Assembly: GCA_905178155.1 (NCBI GenBank)
Contig: CAJINV010000013.1
Coordinates: forward strand, 920,344-984,343
Length of the DNA: 64,000 nucleotides
Direction of reading: 5' to 3'
Origin: Amoebophrya sp. A120
Taxonomy: Eukaryota; Protista; Dinoflagellata
In this document: positions 1-12,200 of the stretch, piece by piece
Layout of the letters: every line of letters begins with the position of its first letter
Numbering within the stretch: position 1 is the stretch's first letter
The notes under the pieces: model-generated
Told to the model about the DNA's origin: nothing
Database searches by the model: none
The model's input: only the letters and a program-made list of their open reading frames with translations
Translations under genes and position numbers: made by a program

Positions 1-473
1 ACTTTTGTTTGATGCAGAACGGTCGTGCTGACAGTTCTAGCAAAAACAAGCCTGCTGGTTCGTGGGTCGAGACGAAGTGTCCGTACTGGCGCGGCGGAAA
101 AAGCGATAAGTTGTCTTCTGCACATGATCACCAGCAGGATAATTCCTACCACACTTCCTCGTCCTATTACAACACGATTTACGAAAATGGGTCGCTGTTT
201 GATCGTTTTCTCCATGGCGTGAAGCGGATCTTCGGCGGCAGCAGTACCGCGGAAAACGAAAATCAACATGAGCATGACGGTAAAAATAGTAGGCCGCGTG
301 AAGATGCTAGTACCTCTTCTACTCGTGCTGTGGTGCAACTTGATATCGAGTTCGAGAACAAAGCTAGGAGCGCCGTTTTTGCATCATCTTCCAAATCTGT
401 TGAATCTGATCAGAAGACGGTGACGCACACGAAGAGCGCGACTGGTGGTAGTTCCAGCGAAGTGTATTCGTAG
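1..473 (+). CDS. 3' part of a hypothetical Ser-rich protein (probably begins upstream of the window)
   Basis: ORF 9..473 ending TAG; composition like the other + strand genes; no recognisable domain. Confidence 0.5.
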   Translation, partial: FCLMQNGRADSSSKNKPAGSWVETKCPYWRGGKSDKLSSAHDHQQDNSYHTSSSYYNTIYENGSLFDRFLHGVKRIFGGSSTAENENQHEHDGKNSRPREDASTSSTRAVVQLDIEFENKARSAVFASSSKSVESDQKTVTHTKSATGGSSSEVYS

Positions 474-1355
474 AAGCAGTTCGAAACAAGGACTATTACA
501 TACTGGAACTGCACTAGCTGCAGAACTAAGACTCTTTAGCATGTAGATCATTTCAATTTGCATAGAGAAGCATAACCTTTGATGACGTATCGAATTCCCA
601 TTCTTGCAGAATATATTGAGGAAGCCTGCTACGCATTTGTACTCCCCGAAATCTTCGCGTTTGCGTTTATGTTTGTAGATTTGATTTTGTTGATTTTCCA
701 ACTTGCATTTTCGCAGTACTACAACTTGTGTTTTGCAGGAAGAATTCGGCGTGAAAGACGTGAAGATGTTTTCGCAGTTTTTCAGAGTTTTCACATTCGC
801 ATCCCAGTCGCAGGTCGTAAGTAGCTACCTGATCTCGTCGTCCTGCCCTTGATAATTGACTTATTGAGACAGCTCAGCTGCTGATGATGTTCTTCGCAAA
901 CGGAGATGATCCTCCTCGTGCCAATCAAAAACTCGTGTAGTATAATCAGTTTCGCTGTCGTTCGTTTGGTGAGAAGCAAATAGAGACTTCACAGCTCTGA
1001 ACGCCCTGCCTTCTACGGCTTCGAGCCTTCTTGTAGTGCCAAACTCGATGAGCACAGACAGGAGATATCGTAGTCTTTCTACCAAGTAGATGAGAGGGTC
1101 GTCGCGGTCATCGTCTGAAGATGCGTAAAATGAAACGTAAGACAAGCGGGTCGTGTGGTTCCATTTGATCAATGAATAACTCTTGCGAGGGCATTCATAA
1201 TTGCGAAATCACAATCCATCGTACTCAATGAAACGGCAAATGCTAATGCAGTAGAAAAATCTTTCGCGTTTTTTCGCCTTTGCTTTTTGCAAGACTTGCC
1301 TCGTCATCTGTCTAAAAGCTTTTTGCTTTGCGAGACACACAAAAACCCTGCCAAG

Positions 1356-1652
1356 ATGTTGGACTTGATGACTCTCGGTTTCTCCATGGGCTTGCAGTCC
1401 GAAATGCAGAACATCCGCAAGGAGTCCGAGTGTGGGAATGTGTTCGACAGCTCGGTGGAAGAAGCGGAAACCACCACCGTCTTCTCCACGGCGGCTTCCG
1501 CGGTCGAATCGGCGCTGCATTCCGTCGAGAACGCGGCTTCGGTGGTTCTGTCCGCCCTGACGCCCAGTGCCGAGCAGGTGGATCAGGTACGACTGGAGTT
1601 TCTCGTACTGCTGTGCTCCGTCCTGAGCAGTTCCGCGCAAAAACAATCATGA
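1356..1652 (+). CDS. small hypothetical protein (MLDLMTLGFS...; possible GT donor near 1587)
   Basis: GC-rich coding-like stretch within ORF 1287..1652; ATG at 1356. Confidence 0.4.
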   Translation: MLDLMTLGFSMGLQSEMQNIRKESECGNVFDSSVEEAETTTVFSTAASAVESALHSVENAASVVLSALTPSAEQVDQVRLEFLVLLCSVLSSSAQKQS

Positions 1653-3245
1653 ATCAATCACTTCGGTGCTCTTGATGAAGAAATCTTTGTCATAGTCATA
1701 CTTACATAGTACGTGATGAATTCCGTATAGCTATACATAGTCAGCCTCACTCTGTCGTGCAAAAACGCATTGTACAACATCGCAACCAAAAAAGGTGATG
1801 TCCTGCTTCACCACCACCACCGTGCCGCAGCTGGACTTGACTCTGCCGCTGAAGCCGAAGAAGATGTGAAGTTTTTCACATGTTGTGAAACAAACCGCCG
1901 GATAGAGAAGAAAATGTGACTTAGTCACAAGCAAGAAAAAAAGGTAGTATGATAACGTTTCAACGACCGATTTCAATACACTTGAGACCTCACTTAATAG
2001 CGTTGTTTGACCAGCATTTCTTTTAGTAGTTTTATCCAGCTTTGAAAAGCATCAATTTGTGCACGACGTATTTCGAAAATCTATTCTCCAAAGACAAATC
2101 GAAATCTTGTAACTAGAACCAGTTTTGATAAACTTAAAAGCCACTTTTGTCTTCACGTCGTAATCTACATTGTATCAACATACCAACTTCAAAATCTACA
2201 AAATGAACGTAAGAAAATGTTTCACTTGTTTCACAACGCGTAGAACAGATCTCCAGGATATCTTAGCAGCAGGAGTTTTACTTCTACAAATTTCCCGGTG
2301 GCCACGTAGTACGCTTAGACTTACACTAGAGTCCGGTCCAGGACCGATGTAATGCTATTGCCCCGCAGCTGCATTTATCGACGGTGACGACATACACTAG
2401 GACGAACCGCGGAAATAACACAACAGGAGGAGGACTCAAAAACCCGTACTACCATCGTCATCAATTTGAAAAAAAAACATCATCAAGGTGAAAGACCTTT
2501 ATCTTGTTAGGTACTTGCGCTGCAGCATCGGCGCTTGATACATATTGACGGAGCATAATATCGCAAATTGAATATTCTTCCGCACCGGTCTGTCGCTTTG
2601 CATCGGTCGTGCAAGAAAAAAGCGACTCAAACAAGTAACCAATTGCAATTCATCCACGATTGCTCGGTTTTGCAACTGCTAACTTTCTTCCAACTCGGTC
2701 TCGTGAGAAACCACCAAATTCTGCTTGGTGGCAGCACAGTAGATACGGAAAAAAAAACGGCTCGGTCTCATCGTCCTCTGATTCTTGTTTCGTTCGTTGC
2801 GCATGACAACAAATAGGTACAGCAAGAAAAGTGCAAAATACTTACACAAAATCGTCCTCTCGTCTTCGTTCCTGCTCTGTCTTCCCGATTGCGCGTGGTT
2901 CACTGTGAATTTACTCTAAGAATTTGAATCTCCTTACAGCCACAGTTCCCACAATACGACCAACTTTCATTCCCCCGAAGATAATTTGAGACAGCCTTTA
3001 AAATCAAGTACAAGTAGTTCCCAAAAAATACATTTTGTAGAATTAGAACCAGCAGAACACGGCCCAGAACAACCTTTTAGACTGATCCACTCCGACGTTT
3101 TCTCCCTGACACGACCACGAGAAACCACGATCACCTGAACCGCGAAGTAAAATAAAAATCCGCAGTTCTTGCTTGTCCTTTCCAGACTCTGGCGCGCTGC
3201 GGCAACGAACGGTAGAAGACTTGCTCTTCTACTTTTGGTCTATTT

Positions 3246-4499
3246 ATGGGCGACGAACAGTCGAAAGAGGCCCAGGCTGAAAACGGAGGAGAGTCTGCTC
3301 AGCATCAAAACGCAAGTCAAAGTTCCCCGGATCCCGAGCCTCTCTCGATTTCCGACGGCGGTCCCTCATCCGGGTCGGCGAAAGCGAGTACGGTCAGCAA
3401 TAAATCGCGGAGCAGTGGTGGAACTACATCCTCTGCTTCGCAAGTTGTAGACGACCCAGCAGGTGAACAACAGCAACAACCCGTGGCGGCACCATCTCCT
3501 TCTCCAGCTCCTGCTGCTGCACCAGACGAGCCTCCGGTGCCGGTCACTACTGAAGAACGACGAGAATCCCCTCCGAATCAAGTTATCAACATGGAGCCGA
3601 TGAGCGTGATGCCCGGCCAGGCCACTGATGAGTACGAAGAAGTGCCGCCGCCCAAAACCAGCAGCTTCCGGTCGGACACCGATGAAGGTAAAAACAGTGC
3701 GGTGCTCAGCTCGTTTATTCAGGAAAAAAAGTGTGTAAGTGTAAATTTCTTTGAGGAACAGCATCACAAATTTGCTCTACATGACAGAGAAACCCTGTCA
3801 TGCATGGTTTGTAAGGGAAAACACACATGAAAATAGGACTTCATGGCTGTCTGGCATGACAGGTGTAACTATGTTGCATCTTCTGCAACGCAAATTTACA
3901 CTTACACATTTTTTTACTTGCATATCGTTCGCCCCACCGCGCGCGGATCCGGATGACGAAGAAGATTCCAGTATCCTAAGCAAAAACGTCCCCACCCCAG
4001 AGTTGTCATGGGAATGTGCAATGACAGGAACATTTGCAATGCGCATCTCCATGAGAGGCATTTCCAGTCGTTTTTTGGAATTTGTAATGCTGGGAACAGG
4101 ATGAGAGACTGGCTTTCCCATGCGGCTGCCCTTGCTAACCAGCACTACACTGCAGATGGAAACTTGTCATGCACAACTCCCAAAACTTGGAGATTTGTGT
4201 TGCAGATTTACCAACTTGATTGTCGGGTGGGGATGTTTTTGCTCAGGATACCCAGTCCGGGAAGTCAACGCTCGTCCGTGCGGGCCACGCAAAACCGGAC
4301 CTCGACGAGCAACCGCGCGTCGGTCCAAAACCGGACCTCGACGAGCAACCGCGCGTCGGTCACGGTCCCGGCGTTCGGAGGCGGCGGTGGCGAGGAGAAC
4401 AAACCCACGACACAGAAATTCGGCGGCGGCTTCAACTTACAGTCGAGCGCGCCGTCCGCAAGAAATTCCGCGGCGGGAGGTACTTACAACCAGAATTGA
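3246..4499 (+). CDS. hypothetical low-complexity protein, 251 aa; exons 3246-3715, 3930-3971, 4256-4499
   Basis: Removing two TIR elements (each plus one 5-nt repeat) joins ORFs 3246.., 3751.. and 4008.. in frame: ...VLSSF|APPRADPDDEEDSS|PGSQRSS...; 756 nt total. Confidence 0.75.
3716..3924. mobile_element. introner / non-canonical intron, family D
   Basis: TIR tattcaggaaaaaaagtgtgtaagtgtaaattt ... aaatttacacttacacatttttttacttgcata; perfect 5-bp DR tcgtt (3711-3715, 3925-3929); interior similar to 57861-58086. Confidence 0.9.
3972..4250. mobile_element. introner / non-canonical intron, family C
   Basis: TIR tatcctaagcaaaaacgtccccaccc ... gggtggggatgtttttgctcaggata; DR tccag/cccag. Confidence 0.9.
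4290..4361 (+). repeat. exact 36-bp tandem duplication in coding exon (QNRTSTSNRASV x2)
   Basis: caaaaccggacctcgacgagcaaccgcgcgtcggtc twice. Confidence 0.9.
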
Positions 4500-4786
4500 T
4501 CTGAAAGTAGTAATGTTCATCCTTGTTGTAGTTGTATTCGGAATGTATGATAGCTGGCAAAAGAATTTTTGCGTACGTCTGTAAGAATGGCGATGGCGAC
4601 TACAGTTTTTATGAATAGCACCCTTCAGTAGTGGCGTTCGCGTTGAAAAAAGAACACCTTGTTTCTTCATACATTTTCTTCGCACCTTAGGGTCATTCCC
4701 CCTCTTGGGACCACTGAAAATGCGATCTATTAGATAGAAAGAAAACAGCAAAACGAACAAAGCGCCGATGAAATGAAAATACAGCC

Positions 4787-7700
4787 GTGGGCAAGGCGGC
4801 CGACCCGGTGGACCTGAGCAGGTTGCAGCAGCGTGGGCTGATGTTGATGGACCCGGCGCTGAAGGCGCAGCTGATGGCGAAGGCGGCGGACCCGCGGAGC
4901 CTCCAGGTGGGCACGCCCTACTCGAAGTCCGGCGGCGTGGCGGAAGACCACATGGTCAGCGAGATGAAAGCGCGCCAGGAGAAAATGCAACGACTGCCCT
5001 CCGTCGACGGATCCTCCCAATTTTCCAAGCTCGTGTCCGAGCGCGGGTCCCTGCTGATGGAGAAGCCGGGCCTGGACACGAAAACCGGCAAACGGCTGTC
5101 CGCCGCCGAAGCCACGAGCAAGCCGGGCAAGCTGAGCGGCGAGCTCTTGTCGGTGTTTGCCTCGCGGCTGGAGAGCGGCAAATCCCAATCCTTCCGCGCC
5201 GGTGCGGGTGCGGCGGGTGCGCCGCCGGCGAAAGCGGCGCCCGAGTTCGTGCAAAAGGCACAGCAGATGGCGCAAAGAGCAGGACAGCAAGACGCCGCAG
5301 CAGCAGCACAGGAGGCGCAGCAAGGGCAAATGACGAGCCCACAACAAGCGCTGAATAGAGGGAGTGGAGGACCACCCGGAGCTGTGTTGAACAGAGGCAG
5401 TGGTGGGCAGCAGCAGGACATGCAGAATACCAACAACCGCGGCACGGCGGCCGGCGTTTTCGGCAAGAAAAAAGACGTGCTGGATCTGCTCGGCACGCAA
5501 CAGGGCGTGCAGCAGTTGCAGAAGCAGGCCTCTGCCAACCGCTTGGCTTCGCAGGGATCTGCGGACGGCGGCCGAGCCCCAAGCGGGCAACAGCAACAAC
5601 CCGTTTTCACCGGGTTCGGCTTTGGAGGCGGCGCGACGGCCGCGGCGGCTCGTACAAGCGTCGTCGACAACTACGACAACGCCAAACCGAGCGTAGGCTC
5701 CACCGCGGACCGTCCGGACAGCAACTACGGTCAGCAGCAGGCGCAACCTTTGGCCTTCATGGGGGCACAGATGGGAGGAACTACAAACATGAACAGCAAT
5801 ATGAAGTCGGGCGTTCAACAGATCGCCGGCTCCTCTTACGGCGAAGAACCAGCGTACCAGCCCCCGCAGTACGGGGAGCAGGAGTTCGACCCCATCACGG
5901 GCGAGCGCTTGGTGCGGAAAGAGAAGCAAGGGAACCAGATCTACGTGGACGACTTGGAACGCGGCGACGCGTCCAACCACTTCCGGCCGAACTACGACAA
6001 CATGCAGGATCTGTACAACTGGTACCAGCGGAACCTTTCCGCCGAGGCGCAGCCGAAGCGGTTCCAAGACGGGCGGTACGTGACGGAGCAGGCGTTGGCG
6101 TTCGAAAAGGCGCTGCCCAACCCGGAGATGGTGGAGAGTCACTTCCGCGACGTGAACTCTGACGAGTACAAGAAGTACGTGGCCCACATGCCGCAGAAGA
6201 AGATGCACACGCAGCTGGGCGTGATGGCCCCGGGGGACGACCTGCGCAAGTTGCTCACCGACATTGTGGAGTACGAGACGGGGTTGAACCCGAAACACCC
6301 GGAGATCAGCACGGACAAGGAGTTCACGGACAAGGACGTGTGGGAGCACGAGATCCAGCAGTTGAAGGAGGACGTGACCAACATTTTCGCGGTGTCCCTG
6401 AACCTGCGCCACTCCAACGCGTCCGAACTCGGCCGCACCTACATCACGGACGAGCAGCGCAAGGAGCTGCGCGAGCGGTTCGAGGCCCTGATCCACTCCT
6501 TCGGCGAGTGGTACGACTACCAGGCGGGCGAGGTGGAGGGCGCGCGGCTGAAGAGCGGCCCCCGGTCCAGCGGGGACAGCGGGCGGGGCGTCGTGTCCGC
6601 CGGCGTGGGCATGGGGCACGACAGCTACTTGGAGCAGCGGCCTGCCTCGGTGGCGCCGAGCTCCAAAGGGAAGGACCCGGACGCGTTGAACTCGGCGATC
6701 TTCAACAGCGTGGCGGAGCTGGACGAGTACCAGTTCGAGTATCAAATGCAAAAATGTCTGGGTCTGGAAGGATCCGACCTTGTGATGCGAGTTGCGGATC
6801 GTACGTAGATCTGTGTTGCATGACTGGCAAATAAAGGTGCTCCCTTCTGGCCATGCTGACAGGGTATTTCTCATGCAGAACAGGCATCACGAAGGGGCTG
6901 CAGAACCTGTGATGCTAGGCCCCGCATTCCAGACTTCCGGGAGCTTGGAAAAACTGCATGACAAATCCCGGAATCTTCCAGACCCAGAGGACATTTTTGC
7001 AATGCATATCGAGGGCATGGGCCAGATCTTCTCCGCCTTCGACAAGGCCTTCATGTCCGACAACGACATGATGCCCAGCTCCATGCAGCTGCCGACGGAG
7101 ATCGAGGTGACGGCGCGCGACCAGCCGGTCAGCGTCACGCACGTGGTCACCAACGACGGTTTATTGAGAGGAAAAATCCCCCCTCCCCTTATCGCGAACG
7201 TATGTTGCCGATAATGTGTGCTGCTGATTTGAGGTCACAAATCAGATTTGTCTTGCAAGAAGACAAGGGCAGAAGCTTCCGCCCCATTATGGCAGCGATT
7301 TGCCATGCTGTTCGGCCTAAAGGTCAGCCGTTTGCAATGCTGAACAACTAGACCCATTTTTATACACCCCTACCTAGCCTGGGGATCTGGCCGCAGTGCC
7401 TTCATGCAATACAAAGCAGATTTGTGTACACAAATCCAGCATCAGAAGTTCCGTTTTGATATGGGGAGGGGGGATTTTTCCTTTTGATACGGTTTGCTGG
7501 CCTACTACCACAACCTGTCCAAGGAGGACCGGGAACACTACCCGCTCCGCAACGCCCTCAAGCACATTCTGCTCACCGAGTCCTGGGGCGACTACGACGA
7601 GATGCCCATCCGCCCGATCCTGCTGCGGGAGCTTTTACCGTCCCCGCAGAAGGACGGCAAGCTGTACCGGATGTATGCCCGCGAAAGCCAGTACGACGCG

Positions 7701-7988
7701 GATGAGGGCATGATCAAGAAGACCAAGGTCCGGCCCGAGGACGGTATCGATTTCGCGAAGTTCCGCACGCCGCAGTTCATGAAGGAGCGGCACGGCGTGC
7801 TGACCAAGGCCGATAAGCTGAACGCGATGGTCCGCGGGCCCCGGGATTGGGAGGGCTTGGAGCAACGCAAGAGCGTCCTGAGGTCCGGCCAGGAGGGACG
7901 AGGTTCCAAGGCGAGACAGTCAACCAAGAACGACGGCGTCAAGGAGAGACAGTCGCTGCTATTCGGCCGCCAGTCGGACTTGATGTAA
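4787..7988 (+). CDS. hypothetical protein, at least 864 aa; exons ~4787-6739, 7014-7161, 7495-7988 (5' start uncertain, likely an upstream exon)
   Basis: Strong GC3 bias; removing two TIR elements joins ...DEYQFE|GMGQIFS...VTNDG|LLAYYHNL... in frame; no domain recognised. Confidence 0.8.
6740..7008. mobile_element. introner / non-canonical intron, family B
   Basis: TIR tatcaaatgcaaaaatgtctgggtctggaag ... cttccagacccagaggacatttttgcaatgcata; perfect DR tcgag. Confidence 0.92.
7162..7489. mobile_element. introner / non-canonical intron
   Basis: TIR tattgagaggaaaaatcccccctcccc ... ggggaggggggatttttccttttgata; perfect DR cggtt. Confidence 0.92.
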
Positions 7989-9235
7989 CTTTTTCTGGGT
8001 CAAAGAGAAAAACATACAGAAGGTCGCGAACCAGGACAACAAGAACAACAAACTTCTACAAAAATACTGAAGCGGGCGTGGTGGCATGGCACGAGCGGAG
8101 TATCCCTCCTAACTCGTGGCATCGGAGGTTCTTTCTCAATAATGCTACCTGAACTCCCCGCTACCGGTTGGCCTCGCGCCAGCTGCGACAATTAGATCCT
8201 GGCTCTGCTAGCGGACGATACAACATACATAGTACACATAATTGAAGGCACAATTGCTTTGGTGCGCACTCCGTATTACATTTCGTGGAGCTAGCTTGAG
8301 CTTTTCGTTTTCCTGTTATATATTCAGATTCCATAGCCCCGTAAATCACTTCTCACGAAGCATGTTTCTGCTTGTCCCTCCAGTAAGTAAGTTTAGTATT
8401 TCTACACGACGCAAATTTTTTACAATTAGTCGACAATTGGAACAAACAACATTTCAGATGAAAAGGTGGACCGCAGTACAACCATTACCATACAACTCGG
8501 AGGTGAAGTACTATACGGATTTGCCTCCGCCGGCTGTGAGCTAGTGCAGTCCTTCTCCTATTGGACTCAACCAAGGCTCTTCTTTTCGACACGAGTGCAA
8601 CAAGAATCGACTCTCCATATCGTGTTCTTCTGGAGGACCAGACTTAAAAACTAGCTGGTACCTGAGGTACCGGTAATATCAAGTAGATCCAACAATAAAA
8701 CTGATGGAACAGTGTCACTCTCTAGATCGGTCCGGTTCGCTGCTTCCTTCAACATCAACATGATCACTCGGCGTCGGCGCTAATGTTATTCATCTTGACG
8801 CGTTTCTCTTTCTCGATGTGAGACTAGAGGCGATTGCCGTCTGGTGCGGCTCCGATAGCTCCATCCGAAGGGGCGGAATGTGGAAGAAGTGGCAGTCCGC
8901 CCCCTACTTCTCATACAACTTGCCGGCACCGTCACCATGTCCATGTAGTTGATGTTCGTGCCTCGTGTAATGCGAGTAAAGATACTTAAACAGGTCGCGG
9001 CGGTGGGCGGGGGAGAGGCCAATGAAGGTACCAGCAGGTGGTCCAGTCGGCGACTACGAGCAGCTACTTCCATGACCCCCGAACAGTTTTAGTTGATCGT
9101 GTAGTCTGCTTCTGTGAGACACGCACACCAACAGGCTGCACACTCGTCATCCACTTCTACTGGCGAGCGATAACAATTCTGCAGCGTCGAGCCAGTCGCG
9201 CGAAAAAACGACCACACGTCGGAAGTATCCAAACC

Positions 9236-12200
9236 ATGACACTGTTCCAAACGTCTCAGCTCCTCGCAGCAGGGGGAGCCGTCACGGCGACCAGTGCAGC
9301 TGCCGTCCAAATGACCCCTGCGCCCGACATCAACATGGTCTTTTGCCTGGACATTGTGCACAGCCTGGGCGCCACCGTGGCGAGCTTTTTTTCGGCCCTG
9401 ACCTTTTTCACCGAGTGGAAGAAGCAGACGGGGTGCACCGACGATTTCCGGGCGAGTTCCGATCTAAACGTATTAGAGAGAACCTACAGCAGCAGAAATA
9501 TCGGGGGAGGCGGGGAGGAAGAAGGAGCGCCTGCTGGTGGAGGAGCTTTCGACACATCTACTACGACCACCAGCGTATCGGGCGATGGCAGTTCAACTTC
9601 AAGTGCAGCTGCTGCAGCAGTCTCTGCTTCGAACTCGACGACAGAGGGAAGCAGCTACCAAATTGCTGATCAACATCAAGGAAAAACAGATCCGACCAAA
9701 GTTGTCCACGATCCGGGTGGGCGAATGACGGGTTCAGGGAAAAAAACAAATCGGAAAACAGGACTTCGAAGAATACGAGAAGAACAAGGCCGTGGAGGCA
9801 CAGGCGGCGGTGGACGGTGCAATGTGTACCTGAAAATCAACAGCCCGTTGTCCGACGCAAACGGCACCGATTGGGGTCTCTGGAGTCAGGAAACGCCCCT
9901 AGCGGCATACCAGCGCTTGCCGTCCTGGGAAAGGCAAAAGCTGCCGCATGCGAGGTATTTAAATATGATCGATCATCATGACGCCATGCCCATGTACCAC
10001 ATTGATTTGAAGACTGGTTGGAACTGGGAGTAACATCAAATTGTGTTTTGAACAACAATTTACTGGTATTTGGGTACTACAAAACTTGGTGATTTCCTCG
10101 TGATGTGTGCGGTCAGCATCCACCCCCAGTCTTTGATGTCGATTGTTGACCAACGATTTTCCAGGCTGTCCGACCTCTTGGACCTTCGGTTGTTGGAACG
10201 CGGCTTGGGAATTTTCATCAAGGAGTTTGATGAGGATATCGTTATCAACAACACCACTGTGGTTTGCGACACCCATACCGAAGCCGATTTGAACGTGAAT
10301 CCGGATTCCGTGCAGTTTAACAAACGAAGCGTGCTTTTGGAAGGAAATTTGGCGAAAGCACGGAGTAACAATATCGCGGAGCTGAAGCAGGCCAGCTGCG
10401 CGGGCAAGATCGTGGTGCAAGGAGGCGGTGGTCAGGATGTTGCAGCAGCAGCAGCATCTTCGTCTGCCAACAACTTGGACCAGATCCACAAGCAACCAGT
10501 CACAGACAGTGACTTACCCCCTGCAACTACCAATCATCATGCTTCGGAAACTACAACTACACCATTTAAAACCGATTCTTTGATTACCGATTTGAACAAA
10601 GAGGCTGCGATGCAGAGGCAGCTGCACAACGTGCAGCTGTTGCAAGATCCGCATGAAGAACTCGGGCTGCACGGCAAAGCGGCGCTGTGGAACGTCCGGT
10701 TTATGAAGACGAGGCCGCAGATACTGAGTGGAAAACTTCACAAATACAAACATCTGCAAAATTTGGTCTTTAGGGGCTTCAGGGCTGCTGGGAGGGAGTC
10801 CAGGGTCTGCGAAACGCGACGCCGGTGAGTCGAACAACAGCACAGCAACAGCGCGCGGCGTTCGTCTGTCCGGTAAGGTCCGGAGGGTTTGGCGCCGCTG
10901 GATGCCATACCGGACGACCACGAGCATGCATGTACTTCAAGAACAAAACCAGGCGGCTGCTGCCTTTCCTTTTCGTCGCGTCCGCCGATGCGGTTTGTCG
11001 TTTAGCCCGTGACTGGAGCAAAAAAACGCTATCCCCGATTGGTAAACTTCCACAAATGAACAGGCCCGACCCCTTCGGAGACCCCAATATCTGGGGCCCT
11101 TCGGAACAGCCAGATTCCCAATTCCCGATTGGTAAATTTCCACAAATGAAAAGGCAGGGGGGTCCGGCGACCCCTGCCGGAGAGGTCGCCCGCGAGCATT
11201 TTTCTGCGTCATTTTGATGCGATTTTCGCCTTTCGGCGCTTCGACGCGACCTATTACTGCCTCCGCCGGGGCCGCTTGGCGCCGGAATTCCGGGCCCCCT
11301 GGTGTTGCCCGAAGAGCCCCAGCCCCGCCCTGCTAAGCGGCCCGCGCTGGGGCGACTTTGGTCGGGTTAAATGGCGACCGCCTGAGGTGAATGCTCTGGC
11401 GCCCCTCCCAAGGATGCCCGACAGGGCCCAAATTGCTGAAACACATAACACCGGGCGCCTGCTTCTCTGCAGTTTTGCCCTTTAAACGTCAACTTTTGCA
11501 GATATTTGTATTTGTGAAGTTTTCCCCTTAATAGCAGAAGGAGCTGAGTGATAGATTTTTACTTTTCGAGGACATCGAGAAGCACTTACACAATCTGCAG
11601 ATGGCCTACTTCGCGTTCCGCTCGGACGTGTTGCAAAGACACATGAAAAGACAGTACGCGAAGCTGCGGGAGAATCAAGCTGGTGGCGCGGCGGGGGTAC
11701 ATGATGAACGACAAGCGTCCGCGACTCCTGCTGATGCGTCGTCCGCGGACGATTCGGGCAACGAAGACCGCGAAGCGGGTCGTGACTCGCCATCTCTTGT
11801 TACTGGTACGAAACCAGTAGACACCTTGCATTCTGTTGAAGAAGAACCAGAATCTAACCCCTCCATCCTGATCAACGCCAGTCCTACGATGTGGTCGCGC
11901 GAAAACAGCATTTTCGATTTGGGAATCTTCCGCATCTACCTCCGGAATTTTCTTCCCTGGGCTTCGGTCGGGGTGAAGACCATGTCGCTCATGTCGAGTC
12001 GAGCGCTGTACTGGGAGAGCGCGTTGCAAGTCGGCAGGTTCATTCACTTCCTACCGCAACTCACCCCGCCGATGAGGCTACGTGCGGGGATGTTTTTGCA
12101 AGAAATGAAATACAGATTCGACGAGGAATCGCAGAGCATCGTGGTGGAAAGAAGGAGTAACGCGAAGAGCAAGGCTCCAGGACCGACAGCAGGAGTGCTA

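Noticed and set aside
4730-6874. 714-aa minus-strand ORF (likewise 43650-44564 and 51399-52511)
   Set aside because: Antisense shadows of GC3-rich + strand genes; no protein-like features
10028-10066. 39-nt hairpin with actgg direct repeat as a mini non-canonical intron, or stop-codon readthrough
   Set aside because: An in-frame canonical GT-AG intron 10030-10116 explains the two stops more simply, and the hairpin lacks TAT/ATA ends; not fully excluded without cDNA
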